56,101 nucleotides of DNA from a virus: IMG/VR virus record IMGVR_UViG_3300045988_126896; one strand, 5' to 3'. Below, piece after piece: positions 43,504 to 53,300 of the stretch (its first letter is position 1; every line of letters begins with the position of its first letter). The position numbers were made by a program, and so were the translations under genes. The notes beneath the pieces are model-generated. The model was not told the DNA's origin, made no database searches, and saw only the letters and a list, made by a program, of their open reading frames with translations.

Positions 43504-43527
43504 ACACGCTTGTAAGGCGTGTTTTTT
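43504..43527 (+). terminator. Rho-independent terminator
   Basis: acacgc(tt)-gtaa-(gg)cgtgt followed by tttttt. Confidence 0.65.
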
Positions 43528-43629
43528 ATTGCCGTAACATAGCCAGGGCGTCAAATACTGGCCGTGGAACCCGACAGCGCGGAACGCTGGATATAGCCGA
43601 CGGGCTTAATACGGAAAGGAGTTTTTAAG

Positions 43630-44403
43630 ATGGGAAAACTTAGAAAATTACAGGAACGCTACTTAAAAGGAGAACTTACAAAGGCACAGTATGAAGCAGA
43701 GTGTAAGAAGCTTCTGGACGACGAAATTTTAGACCAGGACGCTTACGACGACGCTTTAGATTATGACCCGGACTACGAAAGACCTAAGTACAGCCAGGCC
43801 GACGTAGACAGCACCGTAGCAAAGAAAGCCGTAAAAATGGTTCGTAAAGCACTTAAGGACGCTGGGGTAACGGTCGAAGCGGACGATAAGACCTTACTTA
43901 GCAAAGTGGCAGAAACCATTAAAAACGGTTCTTCTGGTAAAGGCGACGGCGAAGGGGGAAGCGGTTCTTCTATCGACGAAACAGAATTATCTAATCTTAA
44001 GACTAAGGCAGCGAAAGTGGACGATCTTACAGCACAGTGTAAGAAGCTGCTTATCGAAAACGCGGTTCTTAAGGAAGCCGGTAAGTATAATCCTGTAAAT
44101 CCCGCACAGGTAGTAAGGGCGATCAGCGCTGACTACCTGGACAGTATCGAGTTTGACGAAGAAAACGGAACAGCGGACGCAAAGAGTATTGCCCGCGCTA
44201 TCCGTAAGGTACACGACGCCGAACCGAACTTATTTAAACCGGCTGGGGACGACGGCGACGACGGTAACGGCGCTGGTGGTTCTGGTAATGGTTTCCGCGG
44301 TAAAGGTCCTGGCGGTGCTGGTAGCACTAAAAACGGCGAACTGGAAGCAAAGAAAGCGGAAGCTTTAGAAATGCTGGGTATTAAGAAAGACGATAAAAAG
44401 TAG
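43630..44403 (+). CDS. Scaffolding protein
   Basis: Helical, charged, with a Gly-rich C-terminal part. Lies upstream of the capsid gene. Confidence 0.7.
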   Translation: MGKLRKLQERYLKGELTKAQYEAECKKLLDDEILDQDAYDDALDYDPDYERPKYSQADVDSTVAKKAVKMVRKALKDAGVTVEADDKTLLSKVAETIKNGSSGKGDGEGGSGSSIDETELSNLKTKAAKVDDLTAQCKKLLIENAVLKEAGKYNPVNPAQVVRAISADYLDSIEFDEENGTADAKSIARAIRKVHDAEPNLFKPAGDDGDDGNGAGGSGNGFRGKGPGGAGSTKNGELEAKKAEALEMLGIKKDDKK

Positions 44404-44420
44404 AAAGGTAGGTTTTTGTT

Positions 44421-44816
44421 ATGCAGAATAACGACGTAACAGTTAGACGAAAATCCTACGCAGCGGCTAAAGAGATCAAGGCCAGCGCCCATTATGCGTA
44501 TGTCGTAAATGGTATCACGCTGGACGGTTCTAAGTTTGAAACTGGCGGCTTCGTAGAAGAAGGTACTTGTCTTGTAAAAGACGACACCACAGGCAAATAC
44601 GAACCGTACAAGGATGCAGCAAGTGATTTTCCGACCGGAAAAAGTGACCCGGTTATCCTTGACGAAAGTATCAAATTCACAGTTGACGACAAGGGTAAAA
44701 ACCCGGATGTTACCGCCGGACAGGTTCTTGTACATGGTGCGGTATATGAAAGTCTTCTGGTAGGCTGTACCGCAGCATTTAAAAAAGCTGTAGGCGCTGC
44801 TATCAGATTCGTGTAA
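44421..44816 (+). CDS. Head-associated protein (decoration-like candidate)
   Basis: 131 aa, between the scaffold and major capsid genes. Confidence 0.45.
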   Translation: MQNNDVTVRRKSYAAAKEIKASAHYAYVVNGITLDGSKFETGGFVEEGTCLVKDDTTGKYEPYKDAASDFPTGKSDPVILDESIKFTVDDKGKNPDVTAGQVLVHGAVYESLLVGCTAAFKKAVGAAIRFV

Positions 44817-44834
44817 AGAAAGGGGTAAATAAAA

Positions 44835-45848
44835 ATGGCTGGATTAGCAAATTTAAGCGAGTTCTTTGAGAACCCGTTATTTACCGAAACTATCCGCGAG
44901 GTTCCAGTGGAAACCGGATATATCGGTAGCCGTTTCCTTCCTTCCGAAAACACATATGATATGGAGTGGAACGAAACAGTAATTGAAAGACAGGCAGATA
45001 TGGCCGACCTGGTAGACGCTGGGGCGGAACTGCCTTTAACAGATCGTGACCCAGTAAGACGTGTAAGTGGTTCTATCGCAGATATGGGACAGTCCTATAT
45101 TCTGACAAAGAAAGAACTTGCTGCTATGTCTGACAAGGGTAACGAAGGTCGCCGTAAGATGGCTGTACAGCAGGTCCTTAAGAAGACCGCACAGCTTAAG
45201 TCTAACATTGACGCCCGTGTAGAATGGCTTCGTTGGCAAGCGCTGGGTAACGGTGCTATGATCTATGATAAATCCGGTATTAAACTGGGTGTAGATTTTG
45301 GTGTACCAGAAGCCAACAAAGTAACCGCTGCTACAGCGTGGGGGGCTGACGGTGCTACTATCCTGGCAAACTATGAGCGCTGGGTACAGGATTATATCGA
45401 CGGAAACGACAACGGCTACGCGCCGGACGTATTCGTTACCGGTATCGAAAATATCCGTATCGTACTGAATGACGTAGCAATCAGAAAGGCAATTACAGGA
45501 TACAGCGATAAGCTTCTTACCCTGGACGAACTTAATACTTTCCTTCGTGGTCGCGAACTTCCACCTATGGAAGTGTTCGACGCAAAGGTTACTTACCGTG
45601 ACCCTACAAACGGTGGTAAGAGAACTACCGCCCGCCTTTTGGACAGCAAGAAGGGCGTGTTCCTTATGGAAGGTGATAAGATCGGTAACGTACAGATGGG
45701 TCCGACTTATGAGAATAACATGGAACCTGGCATTTTTGCTCGTACTTTCACTATGGAGCGTCCGCTTCGTGAGGTCGTAGAGGTTGTAGCTGCTGGTTTC
45801 CCTAAGATCATGTACCCGGAACTTATTAAAATCTGTACTGTACGATAA
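44835..45848 (+). CDS. Major capsid protein (lambda gpE-like family)
   Basis: 337 aa. The N-terminal pattern LSEFFENPLFTE...GYIGSRFLP resembles Phage_cap_E. Position supports it. Confidence 0.8.
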   Translation: MAGLANLSEFFENPLFTETIREVPVETGYIGSRFLPSENTYDMEWNETVIERQADMADLVDAGAELPLTDRDPVRRVSGSIADMGQSYILTKKELAAMSDKGNEGRRKMAVQQVLKKTAQLKSNIDARVEWLRWQALGNGAMIYDKSGIKLGVDFGVPEANKVTAATAWGADGATILANYERWVQDYIDGNDNGYAPDVFVTGIENIRIVLNDVAIRKAITGYSDKLLTLDELNTFLRGRELPPMEVFDAKVTYRDPTNGGKRTTARLLDSKKGVFLMEGDKIGNVQMGPTYENNMEPGIFARTFTMERPLREVVEVVAAGFPKIMYPELIKICTVR

Positions 45849-45859
45849 GGGGGTAAACC

Positions 45860-46105
45860 ATGAAGGTAAAAGTATTAAAAACCGGAGTAACAGTGGAAAA
45901 CGCCGTTCTTGACGTAGGCGCCGTGGTAGATATGTCCGAAAAGGACGCTACCCGCCTTTCTGGTTATGGACTGGTGGAAGTCGTAGACGAACCAGAGCCG
46001 GAACCAGAGCCGGAACCAGAGCCGGAACCAGAGCCGGAACAGGAAGCGCCTACCGAAGATCAGCCAGAGCCTAAAAAGGCTACACGTACAAAGAAAACAG
46101 AGTAA
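45860..46105 (+). CDS. Small protein with (EP)n linker
   Basis: Contains DEPEPEPEPEPEPEPEPEQE, encoded by the 12-bp tandem repeat. Confidence 0.6.
   Translation: MKVKVLKTGVTVENAVLDVGAVVDMSEKDATRLSGYGLVEVVDEPEPEPEPEPEPEPEPEQEAPTEDQPEPKKATRTKKTE
45989..46040 (+). repeat. Tandem repeat, 12-bp unit gaaccagagccg, 4.3 copies
   Basis: Counted directly. Confidence 0.95.
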
Positions 46106-46117
46106 GGGGGTGACGGT

Positions 46118-46516
46118 ATGCTGCTGAATAAAGCCGAACTTCTGGAAAAGTATTATACGCGGGGAAATCCTATAGACGACGCCGACGTAGACCTTTACCT
46201 TTCCAGGGCAAATACCTGGTGTATTGGATATATCGGCGGTGTGCCGCCTTTGCTTCCAGGAGAACCACAGGACCGCCCAGGACTTAAAATAGCTGTAGCT
46301 ACGTGCTTTGAAATCATGGCGCGAGGGGAAACCAAACAGATAAACCCGGATACCGGTAATATCACAGAGGTAGCCCCGCCAACAGGTGCGGTAAAAACGT
46401 CTACCCAGTATAAAGCTTTCGACCAGTTTGTTATTGTTAGGGAAATGCTTCGGGCGTATAAAATCGCCTTTGAAGATCAGACCAGCAAAACAGACAGAGG
46501 GGTAAAGTTTTTATGA
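46118..46516 (+). CDS. Head-tail connector (gp6-like class)
   Basis: Position and size; coupled to the next gene. Confidence 0.55.
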   Translation: MLLNKAELLEKYYTRGNPIDDADVDLYLSRANTWCIGYIGGVPPLLPGEPQDRPGLKIAVATCFEIMARGETKQINPDTGNITEVAPPTGAVKTSTQYKAFDQFVIVREMLRAYKIAFEDQTSKTDRGVKFL

Positions 46517-47031
46517 TTATAAAAATTGAGTTAGACGGTGGCCTTGATAAATTTATCAGCGGTGCGAACAGTGCCGCCGCAGCTGTAGACAGCATGGAAG
46601 AACGCATAGTTAGGCAAGCTGGTATAGCTGGCTTGGAAAATGTAGCGGCAAATATTCACAGCCGATCTGGAAGACTTGCACAAAGTTATACAGTCGGCGG
46701 GAATGAAAATATATTTGACGTACAAGCTGGCGGCGGTAGCGCGTCGGTGCGGTACGGTTCTAACTGTCCATATGCTGTACCAGCGGAAGAAGGCTATAAC
46801 CAGTCTAACCGTGTAAGTAAGTCTACTGGACGAAAGCCGTCTTTATGGGTACCGGGTTCCGGTTCTGGTAGTAACTTTAGTTATAATCCTGGGGCTAAAA
46901 CAGGAATGAAGCTTTCCGGTAGATTCGTTCCTGGTCAACATATGTTTGAAAAGTCTTTACCGGATACAAAGGAAGACTTAAGAAAGATAACAAAGTCAGA
47001 AGTAGAGCGCCTTTTTAGGGCGCTTTTTTAG
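46513..47031 (+). CDS. HK97 gp10-like head-tail joining protein
   Basis: Motif pattern NCPYAVPAEEGY ... FVPGQHMFEKSL. Confidence 0.65.
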   Translation: MIIKIELDGGLDKFISGANSAAAAVDSMEERIVRQAGIAGLENVAANIHSRSGRLAQSYTVGGNENIFDVQAGGGSASVRYGSNCPYAVPAEEGYNQSNRVSKSTGRKPSLWVPGSGSGSNFSYNPGAKTGMKLSGRFVPGQHMFEKSLPDTKEDLRKITKSEVERLFRALF

Positions 47032-47043
47032 TGGGGTGGTAAT

Positions 47044-47502
47044 GTGGAGTATTCAAAAGAACTTACAGCTATACAAATGTGGCTTAAGTCTACAGCTGGG
47101 CTTAATTCTTTTAAGCGTGGTACAAGTGTGAACCTTTCCCGCCCTGTAGTGCTTTTTGACGTTCCGGGACGCGGACGGGCTAGACACCTTACCAGGTATG
47201 CTTACGTACAGACGGTAACGTGGCCCTGTACGTTGTATGTGGACACACTGGACGAAGCTGTAAGGTACCAGGAAGCGCTTGTAAGTGATCTGGAAGATCG
47301 CTGTAACGTTCTGGAAATAAAAGAAGATGGAAAACACGTAGGCTGGTTAAAAAACGTCGTCGCCAGATTTAACAATGGCGAAAGCTTAGACGCTACTTTT
47401 ACACTTACGTATGAAGTAGCTTATAAGCGTAAGGGCTGGGACGCAGGTACGCCGGCCGCCGACGTTATGTATACCAGACTGGACGTAAAACCAGAAAAAT
47501 AG
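47044..47502 (+). CDS. Tail completion/terminator candidate
   Basis: Position between the connector genes and the sheath gene. Confidence 0.45.
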   Translation: MEYSKELTAIQMWLKSTAGLNSFKRGTSVNLSRPVVLFDVPGRGRARHLTRYAYVQTVTWPCTLYVDTLDEAVRYQEALVSDLEDRCNVLEIKEDGKHVGWLKNVVARFNNGESLDATFTLTYEVAYKRKGWDAGTPAADVMYTRLDVKPEK

Positions 47503-47517
47503 AAAGGAAGCGAAAGT

Positions 47518-47736
47518 ATGGCAGCTAAAGAAACCGGGAACGCACAGGCGGAAAAAGTTACCGCTTCTACGTTCTCAAAAAATGATTTAATCGCGTCTGC
47601 CGCCGTATTTAACACAACGCCCGCCATTATGACAGGTGCGTTGTACGGCGTAAAAAAAGACGAACTTACAAAACAGGAAGCCGCGGACGCTTTGGCCGCG
47701 TTCCTCAAGAAACCTGTACACAAGGGGGTAAAGTAA
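47518..47736 (+). CDS. Hypothetical small structural-module protein
   Basis: RBS aaaggaag; 72 aa. Confidence 0.5.
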   Translation: MAAKETGNAQAEKVTASTFSKNDLIASAAVFNTTPAIMTGALYGVKKDELTKQEAADALAAFLKKPVHKGVK

Positions 47737-47737
47737 A

Positions 47738-49120
47738 ATGGCTGGATTGTACACAGAAGGCGAAAGCAAGATTTTAAGTGGTGTATATTCCCTTATCCTT
47801 GCTATTTCAACTTCTATAACAAGTGGCGGTCGTGGTATCGTAGCATACCCGTTTACCGCTGACTGGGGACCGGTAAACGAACTTACGGCCGGAAACCTTA
47901 GAGAATTAAGGGACAACTACAACGCGGTGGGTTCTTCCCTTTCCGTAGGAAAGATTTATACCCACGCGTCAAACGGAGAGCCTAAAAAGGTGCTGGGTTA
48001 CCGTATGGCTACAGCAGAAGCTAAAGTAGCAGCTGCTACCGTTGATACCTGGGTATTTGAAACTGTCTACCCAACTACAAGACCTTTTGTGCTTGTGGTA
48101 AAAGACGGTGTAGAGGACGGTTCTATTAAGATCAGTCTGGTAGAAAATGCTGTAGAGCTTACTTCGTTCCTGGTATCTGATGTAGATAGCCTGGTAACTA
48201 TGGTAAATGCTTCTGACTATATCCGTGTAAAGACGAAGGGTACCACGCTTCCGAAAGCAAACGCGGGCGTAGAGTTTAAGGGCGGAAATAACGGCGACGC
48301 CGTTACTGTGACAAACTACACAGCGTTCCTGGACGAGATCGAAGCAGACGGAACCGCTAACGCTTTTTCCTTAGACGGTGTATCTGACGAAAGTATTATT
48401 TCTACAGTGATCGCCTGGGTAAAAGATGTACGACAGGAAGGTTTCTACGTGTCCTTCGTAACAGGTGGTCCGAAAGCCTGGGATTCTGCTACGGATACCG
48501 CTAACGCGAAGTCAAGGGAAATCAATTACAGACCTGTAATTAACGTGGGTAATGGTTGTGACGGGTATACAGCGGCAGAAATGGCGATCTTTGTAGCTGC
48601 AAGAGTGGCAGCGGTAGCCCTTAACAGTTCCCTTACAGACGAAACCGTACCATACCAGGCGGTTAATGTACGTCTGAAAAAGAGTATCAGAGAACGCGCA
48701 AAGAAAGCCGGTACCATTATCTTTGTAGCGAAGGGCGACACAGTAGAGATCGACGAAGGGGTAAATACCCTTACTTCCCCGAAATCGGGAGAGGTTAAAG
48801 AAATGGGGTCTATCCGTGTTTCTTCCACGATCGACTACGTGGTACATGATCTGGAACTTTTCGGCGAGGAATACAAGAAAGCGAAGTCTAATACAGATTC
48901 TTTCCGCGCAACCTATGCGACTACGGTACAGCAGCAGTACCTTGACCCATTGGTAGCACAGGAAATTCTTAAAGAAGGCGCTTCCTATGAGCCAGACCCG
49001 GACTACTACGGGGAGAACGCCACAAAGAAGGCTAAGGCAAATGAAGCCTTTTTCGTAGGCGACATCACACCGAACGAAAGCCCAGAAAAAATTTATCAGA
49101 AGCTTAGTACGGTATTTTAA
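47738..49120 (+). CDS. Tail sheath protein (XkdK-like)
   Basis: 460 aa, directly upstream of the tube gene. PBSX-type order. Confidence 0.8.
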   Translation: MAGLYTEGESKILSGVYSLILAISTSITSGGRGIVAYPFTADWGPVNELTAGNLRELRDNYNAVGSSLSVGKIYTHASNGEPKKVLGYRMATAEAKVAAATVDTWVFETVYPTTRPFVLVVKDGVEDGSIKISLVENAVELTSFLVSDVDSLVTMVNASDYIRVKTKGTTLPKANAGVEFKGGNNGDAVTVTNYTAFLDEIEADGTANAFSLDGVSDESIISTVIAWVKDVRQEGFYVSFVTGGPKAWDSATDTANAKSREINYRPVINVGNGCDGYTAAEMAIFVAARVAAVALNSSLTDETVPYQAVNVRLKKSIRERAKKAGTIIFVAKGDTVEIDEGVNTLTSPKSGEVKEMGSIRVSSTIDYVVHDLELFGEEYKKAKSNTDSFRATYATTVQQQYLDPLVAQEILKEGASYEPDPDYYGENATKKAKANEAFFVGDITPNESPEKIYQKLSTVF

Positions 49121-49136
49121 TAAGGGGGTGTAAAGA

Positions 49137-49553
49137 ATGTTTGATGCTAACGAAGTAATTAACGGTTTGTATGGCTTTGTTTATGATGAAAACGGTAAAC
49201 AGATGCAGGAAACAAAAGCTTTTGAAGCGAACGTAGATTATGACAAAGAAGAAGTCTTACAGGCTGGTAAACTTATGAAAGGGCATAAGGTAATCGCTGC
49301 TTCTGGTGCTGGAACCATTACAGCGCACAAGATCGACAGTAGACTTCAACGTAAAGCGGCGGATAATCCACACGCGAAATACAACTTTTCCGCGAAGCTG
49401 AAAGACCCTACGTCTAAGGGCGAAGAATATATTATGTTTATCGGTGTATCCTTCGACAGCGCCCAGCTTATGAGCTTTGAACTTGGGGAACTTGGAGAAA
49501 TCGAAATGGACTTTACTTTTGACGACTACAAGTATCTGAAATCTATTAACTAA
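49137..49553 (+). CDS. Tail tube protein (XkdM-like)
   Basis: 138 aa. N-terminal pattern VINGLYGFVY...KAFEANVDY is typical of the XkdM family. Confidence 0.8.
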   Translation: MFDANEVINGLYGFVYDENGKQMQETKAFEANVDYDKEEVLQAGKLMKGHKVIAASGAGTITAHKIDSRLQRKAADNPHAKYNFSAKLKDPTSKGEEYIMFIGVSFDSAQLMSFELGELGEIEMDFTFDDYKYLKSIN

Positions 49554-49559
49554 TTATCT

Positions 49560-49584
49560 GGGGCGTGAAAAACGCCCCTTTTTT
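49560..49584 (+). terminator. Rho-independent terminator after the tube gene
   Basis: ggggcgt-gaaaa-acgcccc followed by tttttt. Confidence 0.85.
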
Positions 49585-49605
49585 AAGAAAGGTAGGAAAA
49601 TAAAA

Positions 49606-50211
49606 ATGGCAGATATTACAGTAATGAACAAACAGGAACAGGAAATTAACACAGGTGCTACACAGGAAAATACAGCTACACAGCCGTTACCAGTAGAGCC
49701 GGTAACACCGGTACCGTCCTATGTGGAAGGTCTGACAGAAGACGAAGCAGACCAGGAAGCAGTAACTACAGAAGAACCGAAGTTCTTAAGCCTGGAAGAA
49801 ATCTTAGGCATGGACACAGCAGACCTTACAGCAGAAAAACAGGGCTTCTTCCATTCTGAAAAGTTAGGGGATATTCCTTACACAGCTATTTCTTACGACG
49901 ACTATAAACAGGCTAAGAAAGACTGTGTAACATACGACCAGGACGAAAACGGCGTTATCCAGACAAAGGTAGACGACGACAAGCTTATGACGAAGATCGT
50001 TATTTTAGCTGTAGACAAAGACCAGCGTAGCAACTTTACTTTTGCAAACGGTGCGTTGCTTAAAAAATTAGGTGTTCATACAGCGGAAGGCGCTTTATCT
50101 ACACTTCTTCCACCTGGCGAAATCGTAAACTTCGCCGTAGCTGTACAGAACGCTTCTGGCTTTGGAAATAAGGCAAAGAAAAAGGTTAAAGACTCTGTAA
50201 AAAACTCTTAA
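49606..50211 (+). CDS. Tail assembly chaperone (XkdN-like), short form
   Basis: Lies upstream of the tape measure gene. Acidic N-terminal region. Confidence 0.75.
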   Translation: MADITVMNKQEQEINTGATQENTATQPLPVEPVTPVPSYVEGLTEDEADQEAVTTEEPKFLSLEEILGMDTADLTAEKQGFFHSEKLGDIPYTAISYDDYKQAKKDCVTYDQDENGVIQTKVDDDKLMTKIVILAVDKDQRSNFTFANGALLKKLGVHTAEGALSTLLPPGEIVNFAVAVQNASGFGNKAKKKVKDSVKNS

Positions 50212-50381
50212 AGTCGGACAGGGAAGCGAAGCTTCTGGCCTATATCTGGAACACCCAGGGCATAACGCCGGGTCAGATATATAACCTTCCCTATTCCGAA
50301 AAAGAATTTGTTTATCAAGCCACTTTGCTTAAGATAAAAGAAGAACAGCGCGCAGCAAAAGCAAGACAGAAAAAGAGGTAA
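49606..50381 (+). CDS. Tail assembly chaperone, -1 frameshifted long form (G/GT analogue)
   Basis: The -1 frame adds ...KKLLKSDREAKLLAYIWNTQGITPGQIYNLPYSEKEFVYQATLLKIKEEQRAAKARQKKR, ending 5 nt before the tape measure ATG. Confidence 0.6.
50199..50205 (+). promoter_or_regulatory. -1 programmed ribosomal frameshift slippery heptamer A_AAA_AAC
   Basis: Zero-frame codons are AAA (50200) and AAC (50203). The -1 frame is open from 50190 to the stop at 50379-50381. Confidence 0.7.
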
Positions 50382-50386
50382 TATAA

Positions 50387-53300
50387 ATGTCCGATTTTAC
50401 AATGGGGGCAACCCTTACATTAACGGATAATTTTAGTAGTACCTTGACCGCCGCCGGACATAATGCGGAAGCTTTCAAAAGCCAGATTACGGGTATTTCT
50501 TCCGCTATGTCTTCTTCCACAGCTTCTATGGCAGAAACAGCAAGCGCCGCGAACGGGTTAGGTTCCGGGCTACAGAATGTCGGTTCTATCGCCGACAATA
50601 TGGGTAGCAGTATGACCGACGCCGTAAGTGGTGCTGAAAGTATGGCCGATACCATACAGGAGATAGGGAGCGCCGCACAGGAAAGTCAAGCGCCTATCCA
50701 GCAGTCTACAGAAAGTACAAACCGCTGGAAAGCTGCTATGGACCAGTTCGACGCTGGAACCCAACACCTTAAACAATTACCTGGAACTTTAAAACAGATC
50801 GCTTCCCAGAAATTAACCGGGCTTGTGGAATCCATGAAGAACGGGGTTACGTCGGCGAAAGACTTGGCGACGAACCTTAAGACAATGGCACAGCAGAAGG
50901 TTACCAGTCTGGTAGCCAGTTTTAGAGAGTTCAAGTCTACCATACAGGAAGGGCGTACCGGTGTCGTTGGCTTCGTAAACGCGCTTAAAAATATCGGGAA
51001 GATAAGCGTTACAGGTGCCGTTAATGGCGTGAAAAGTTTAGCTTCCAACATGAAGACGTTTGCGGCTACTAAAGTATCTGGTATCGTAAACAGTTTAAGT
51101 AATATAAAGAATAAGGCGACGGACGGTAAATCTGGCGTAGAGGGGTTAAAAACCGCTTTACAAAAGGTAGCCAGTACGTCGCTTTCTGCTTTACATTCCG
51201 GCTTATCAAAAGTCGGAAGTTTGGCAAAGTCCGCCGGTTCTGCTGTACTTAGTGGACTGGGTAAAGGTATAACCGCGATCACGAAAGGCGTGGCGGCTGG
51301 TGTCACAGCTGCCGGAACTGCTGTAGCTGGGGCTACGGCGGCCGCCGTAAAAGTGGGGTCTAGTTTTGAAGCCGCTATGTCGTCGGTAGCGTCTATTTCT
51401 GGTGCTACTGGGTCAGACTTTACAGCTTTGGAAACAAAGGCTAAACAGATGGGCGCGACTACTGCCTTTTCCGCCACCGAAGCCGCGAACGCTATGGAAT
51501 ACATGGCTATGGCCGGTTGGAAAACTACGGATATGGTATCCGGTATCGACGGTATTATGAGCCTTGCCGCCGCGTCCGGTGCTGATCTGGCCCAGACGTC
51601 CGATATTGTTACCGACGGTTTAACAGCTTTCGGTATGAAAGCAAGCGAAAGCGGACGGTTCGCCGACGTTATGGCGGCGGCTTCTGCCAATGCAAATACT
51701 AACGTCGAAATGATGGGCGAAACCTTTAAGTATGTAGGTGCCGCCGCTGGTGCTATGGGTTATTCCATTGAGGATATGGCTGTAGCTACTGGCCTTATGG
51801 CGAACGCTGGTATTAAAGGTTCCCAGGCTGGTACCGCCTTAAGAAGTACCATTACACGACTTGCAAAACCTACAAAAGAAGCCCAGACAGCTATGGACGC
51901 GTTGGGACTTACCGTTACAAATAGTGACGGTAGTATGAAGTCCTTCGGTACTATTATGGGCGATATGCGTAAAGGTATGCAAGGAATGACGGAAGATCAG
52001 AAAGCCGCTTATGCCGCTATGCTTGGCGGACAGGAAGCTATGTCGGGTCTTCTGGCGATCGCAAACGCAAGCGACGAAGACTTTAATAAGTTGACGTCTG
52101 CTATACAGGATTCTTCCGGCGCCGCCCAGGAAATGGCAGCTATTAAGCTGGATAACTTACAGGGTGACGTAACCATACTTAAGTCTGGTCTGGAAGGTTT
52201 AGGTATTGCGATTTACGATAATATTAAAGGTCCATTACGAAGCGTTACACAAACAGCTACCGAAATGGTGGGTAGTCTTTCCGACGCACTCACGAACGGC
52301 GGTTTTTCTGCTTTCGTAGCACAGCTGGGTAATGTTTTAGGGCAAGCTGTAACCATGATAGCAAGCTACGCGCCACAAGTGGTAAGTATGGGCGTACAGC
52401 TTATACAGGGCTTCTTATCTGGAATACAGGCAAATTCCGGGGCGATTGCTTCCGGTGCGGCTTCCACGATCGCCGCGTTTATTAACGGGTTACTTGTGTT
52501 AATCCCACAGGTAATTATGATCGGCGGACAGCTGATCTTACAATTTGTCCAGGGTATGATACCGCAGATACCGCAACTTTTAACGGCTGCTACACAGGCT
52601 ATAAATACGCTGGTACAGGGATTTATAAGTGGTCTGCCTATGATTTTACAGACAGCGACCCAGCTTATAATGTCACTGGTTCAAGGTATCGTACAAAATG
52701 CCCCTACGCTGATCGCTTCCGCGGTACAGGCTATTACGGCGTTTTTATCTGGAATTTTACAAATGTTACCTGTAATTTTACAGGCTGGTGTACAGCTGAT
52801 CTTAGGACTAGCACAGGGTATTATTTCTAATATCCCACTTATCCTACAGTCGGCGGTTCTTTTAATCCAGCAGTTTGTTACGGGCTTAACTCAAATGCTG
52901 CCAACTATCATACAGGGCGGTATACAGCTTGTTATTTCTCTGATACAGGGAATTATTTCAAACCTTGGCACTATTGCACAAGCGGGCGTTCAAATTATCG
53001 TTTCGCTGGTTACCGGTTTGATACAGGCTATCCCTATGATTATCGCGGCAATTCCGCAGTTAATTTCTGCTATCATAGACACGATCTTTAATACAGACTG
53101 GATAGCTGTAGGTGGCGAAATTATAGACGGAATTAAAGACGGTTTTATGTCTGGTTTTACCAGCCTGGTAGACAGTGTAAAGGGCTTGTGGAGTGACTTT
53201 ACAGGTTGGTTGTTTGGCGACGGCGAAGAAGCCGGAAGCGCAGCCGGTGACGGTGTGGCGTCTGGTGTAACTTCGTCCAGTGGTAATGTGGCGTCTGCCG

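Noticed and set aside
44133-44735. 200-aa minus-strand ORF across the scaffold and decoration-like genes. Also 44492-44953 on the minus strand.
   Set aside because: It is antisense to two well-supported + strand genes that have RBSs and coupled starts. There is no independent signal.
50686-51690. 334-aa minus-strand ORF. Also 53425-54189, 54607-55137 and 50329-50655 on the minus strand.
   Set aside because: They lie entirely inside the tape measure gene. Their A/S/T/V/P-rich translations are the mirror of a low-complexity, GC-skewed coding strand. They have no RBS and no gene-boundary logic, so they are shadow ORFs.
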